Shown here one piece after another: positions 62,729-64,000 of a stretch of DNA of 64,000 nt. Under the pieces are notes generated by a model that did no database searches, was not told where the DNA came from, and saw only the letters and a list, made by a program, of their open reading frames with translations. A program made the position numbers and the translations under genes. Location of the stretch: the NCBI RefSeq assembly GCF_009914755.1, contig NC_060926.1. One strand, written 5' to 3'. The stretch comes from the human T2T-CHM13v2.0 reference genome, Homo sapiens. Numbering within the stretch: the stretch's first letter is position 1; the number at the start of each line of letters is the position of its first letter.

Positions 62729-63882
62729 TGCCAGCTCTGTCAGTTCCAACATACTACATTTCAATCACACCCTTGATCAAATTATGCTGCTTCTCACCTT
62801 GGCACTTTTCCTTACATGGAACCTCTCACCATCATCCCCATGACTGCCTCCTACGATTTTTATCATGCATGAATTGAATCCATTTTCATGTCTGTCTTTC
62901 TAAGGGGCCAATGACCCTGTTTGTATTCTTTGTGGGTGAATCTTCACAGTTGAAACACAGTTCTTGGCACACTGAAAGAATTTTATTATTGTCATTGCCT
63001 AGATGGTTCTGGACCATAAAAAGAAAGTTGAAAGGGGAAGAGCTTGCATGCTAGATTGCAAGCCCAAAGGCAGCCAATCCCAAGAAACAGTGGCTGTTTC
63101 TTCTCCTTTGCCTGAATACCTACATTCTTAGGTCTCATTATCCAAGATTGTGTTCAATGCAAGGAGACAAGAAATCTGTTTATTATTATTTTTGTCTGAA
63201 AGTCCTAATTCTGCCACTGTACCAAGTCACTGAAACATGACAGATCTCCGTGTTATTCCAACATACCACCTTTATGAATAAGACCCCAAATCATAAGTTT
63301 AGTATTAAAAGATCACTTAAAAATTGTAAGCAGTTCTGTTAGTGCTGTGGACTCATCAGACCCTGTTGTCTACTAGACCCTGTTTGTCTAAAAACAACAA
63401 AAACCCATGCAAATTTCAATCCTACTATTCAGGAGTTCTAGGCAACTATAGTCTGAGCTAAAATTCACCTTTCTCCAATCCTTAGAATAATAAACAAAGA
63501 CAAAAACAAAACACAGATTTCACAAGAAAAGTCCTTGTGTGAACCAAGGCACAGAAGGACTAGGGAAGGAATGTTAACTACTTGGAGAAATGAAGTTGCA
63601 TAAAGTACTTGGAAATCATCTAGATAGTGTCTATTGGCATATAAGTATGGCATCAGTTACACATCACTTCTGGCTAGTTTCTAAGGGTCTAGTAGGATAA
63701 TATTTGGGGCAGGATGGTGCCATAGCTCTTGTGACTAATGTTTTCTTTACTAGGCTGCTCAGTGTTCAATCTCACAAGCATTTTTTGACTAACTGTTCTA
63801 TTTAAGGTCCCATGTTAAGACCTTCAGACAAAAATATAAAGATGAGTATTTTCTACTTGCATTTATTTGCGCCCAACTTCAA

Positions 63883-64000
63883 TTTTTTTTTTTCGCGATA
63901 CAGAATCTTGCTCTGTTGCCCAGGCTGAAATGTAATGGCACAATCTTGGCTCACTGCACCCTCTGCCTCCTGGGCTCAAGCAGTCCTCCCTCTTCAGCCT
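63883..64000 (-). mobile_element. Alu (J-like) 3' part running off the window
   Basis: T-tail then 'tcttgctctgttgcccaggctg…ctcctgggctcaagcagtcctccc'. Confidence 0.9.

Overview
Primate, most likely human, genomic DNA (Alu, L1PA, MaLR and Tigger content; a perfect AluYa5 fragment favours human). The window lies inside a + strand gene for a multi-thrombospondin-type-1-repeat protein that I recognise as THSD7B. Four phase-compatible internal coding exons are present (6301-6451, 50066-50207, 52283-52398, 54500-54617), with a 43.6 kb intron after the first. Most of the rest is interspersed repeats: a near-full-length antisense L1PA4/5, a 5'-inverted L1PA2, a ~100 bp hairpin micro-L1, a full MaLR (MST) element with nested L1 and AluY, Tigger3, and about a dozen Alus. 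The best lead is an unexplained exon-like segment at 10555-10650. It has a strong phase-0 acceptor and encodes a TSR-like half-domain (…GKCPALEEKEKC…stop), which could give a truncated, secreted THSD7B isoform or be a relic of an exon duplication. Repeat subfamily calls come from remembered consensus sequences, and the boundaries of old repeats are approximate.
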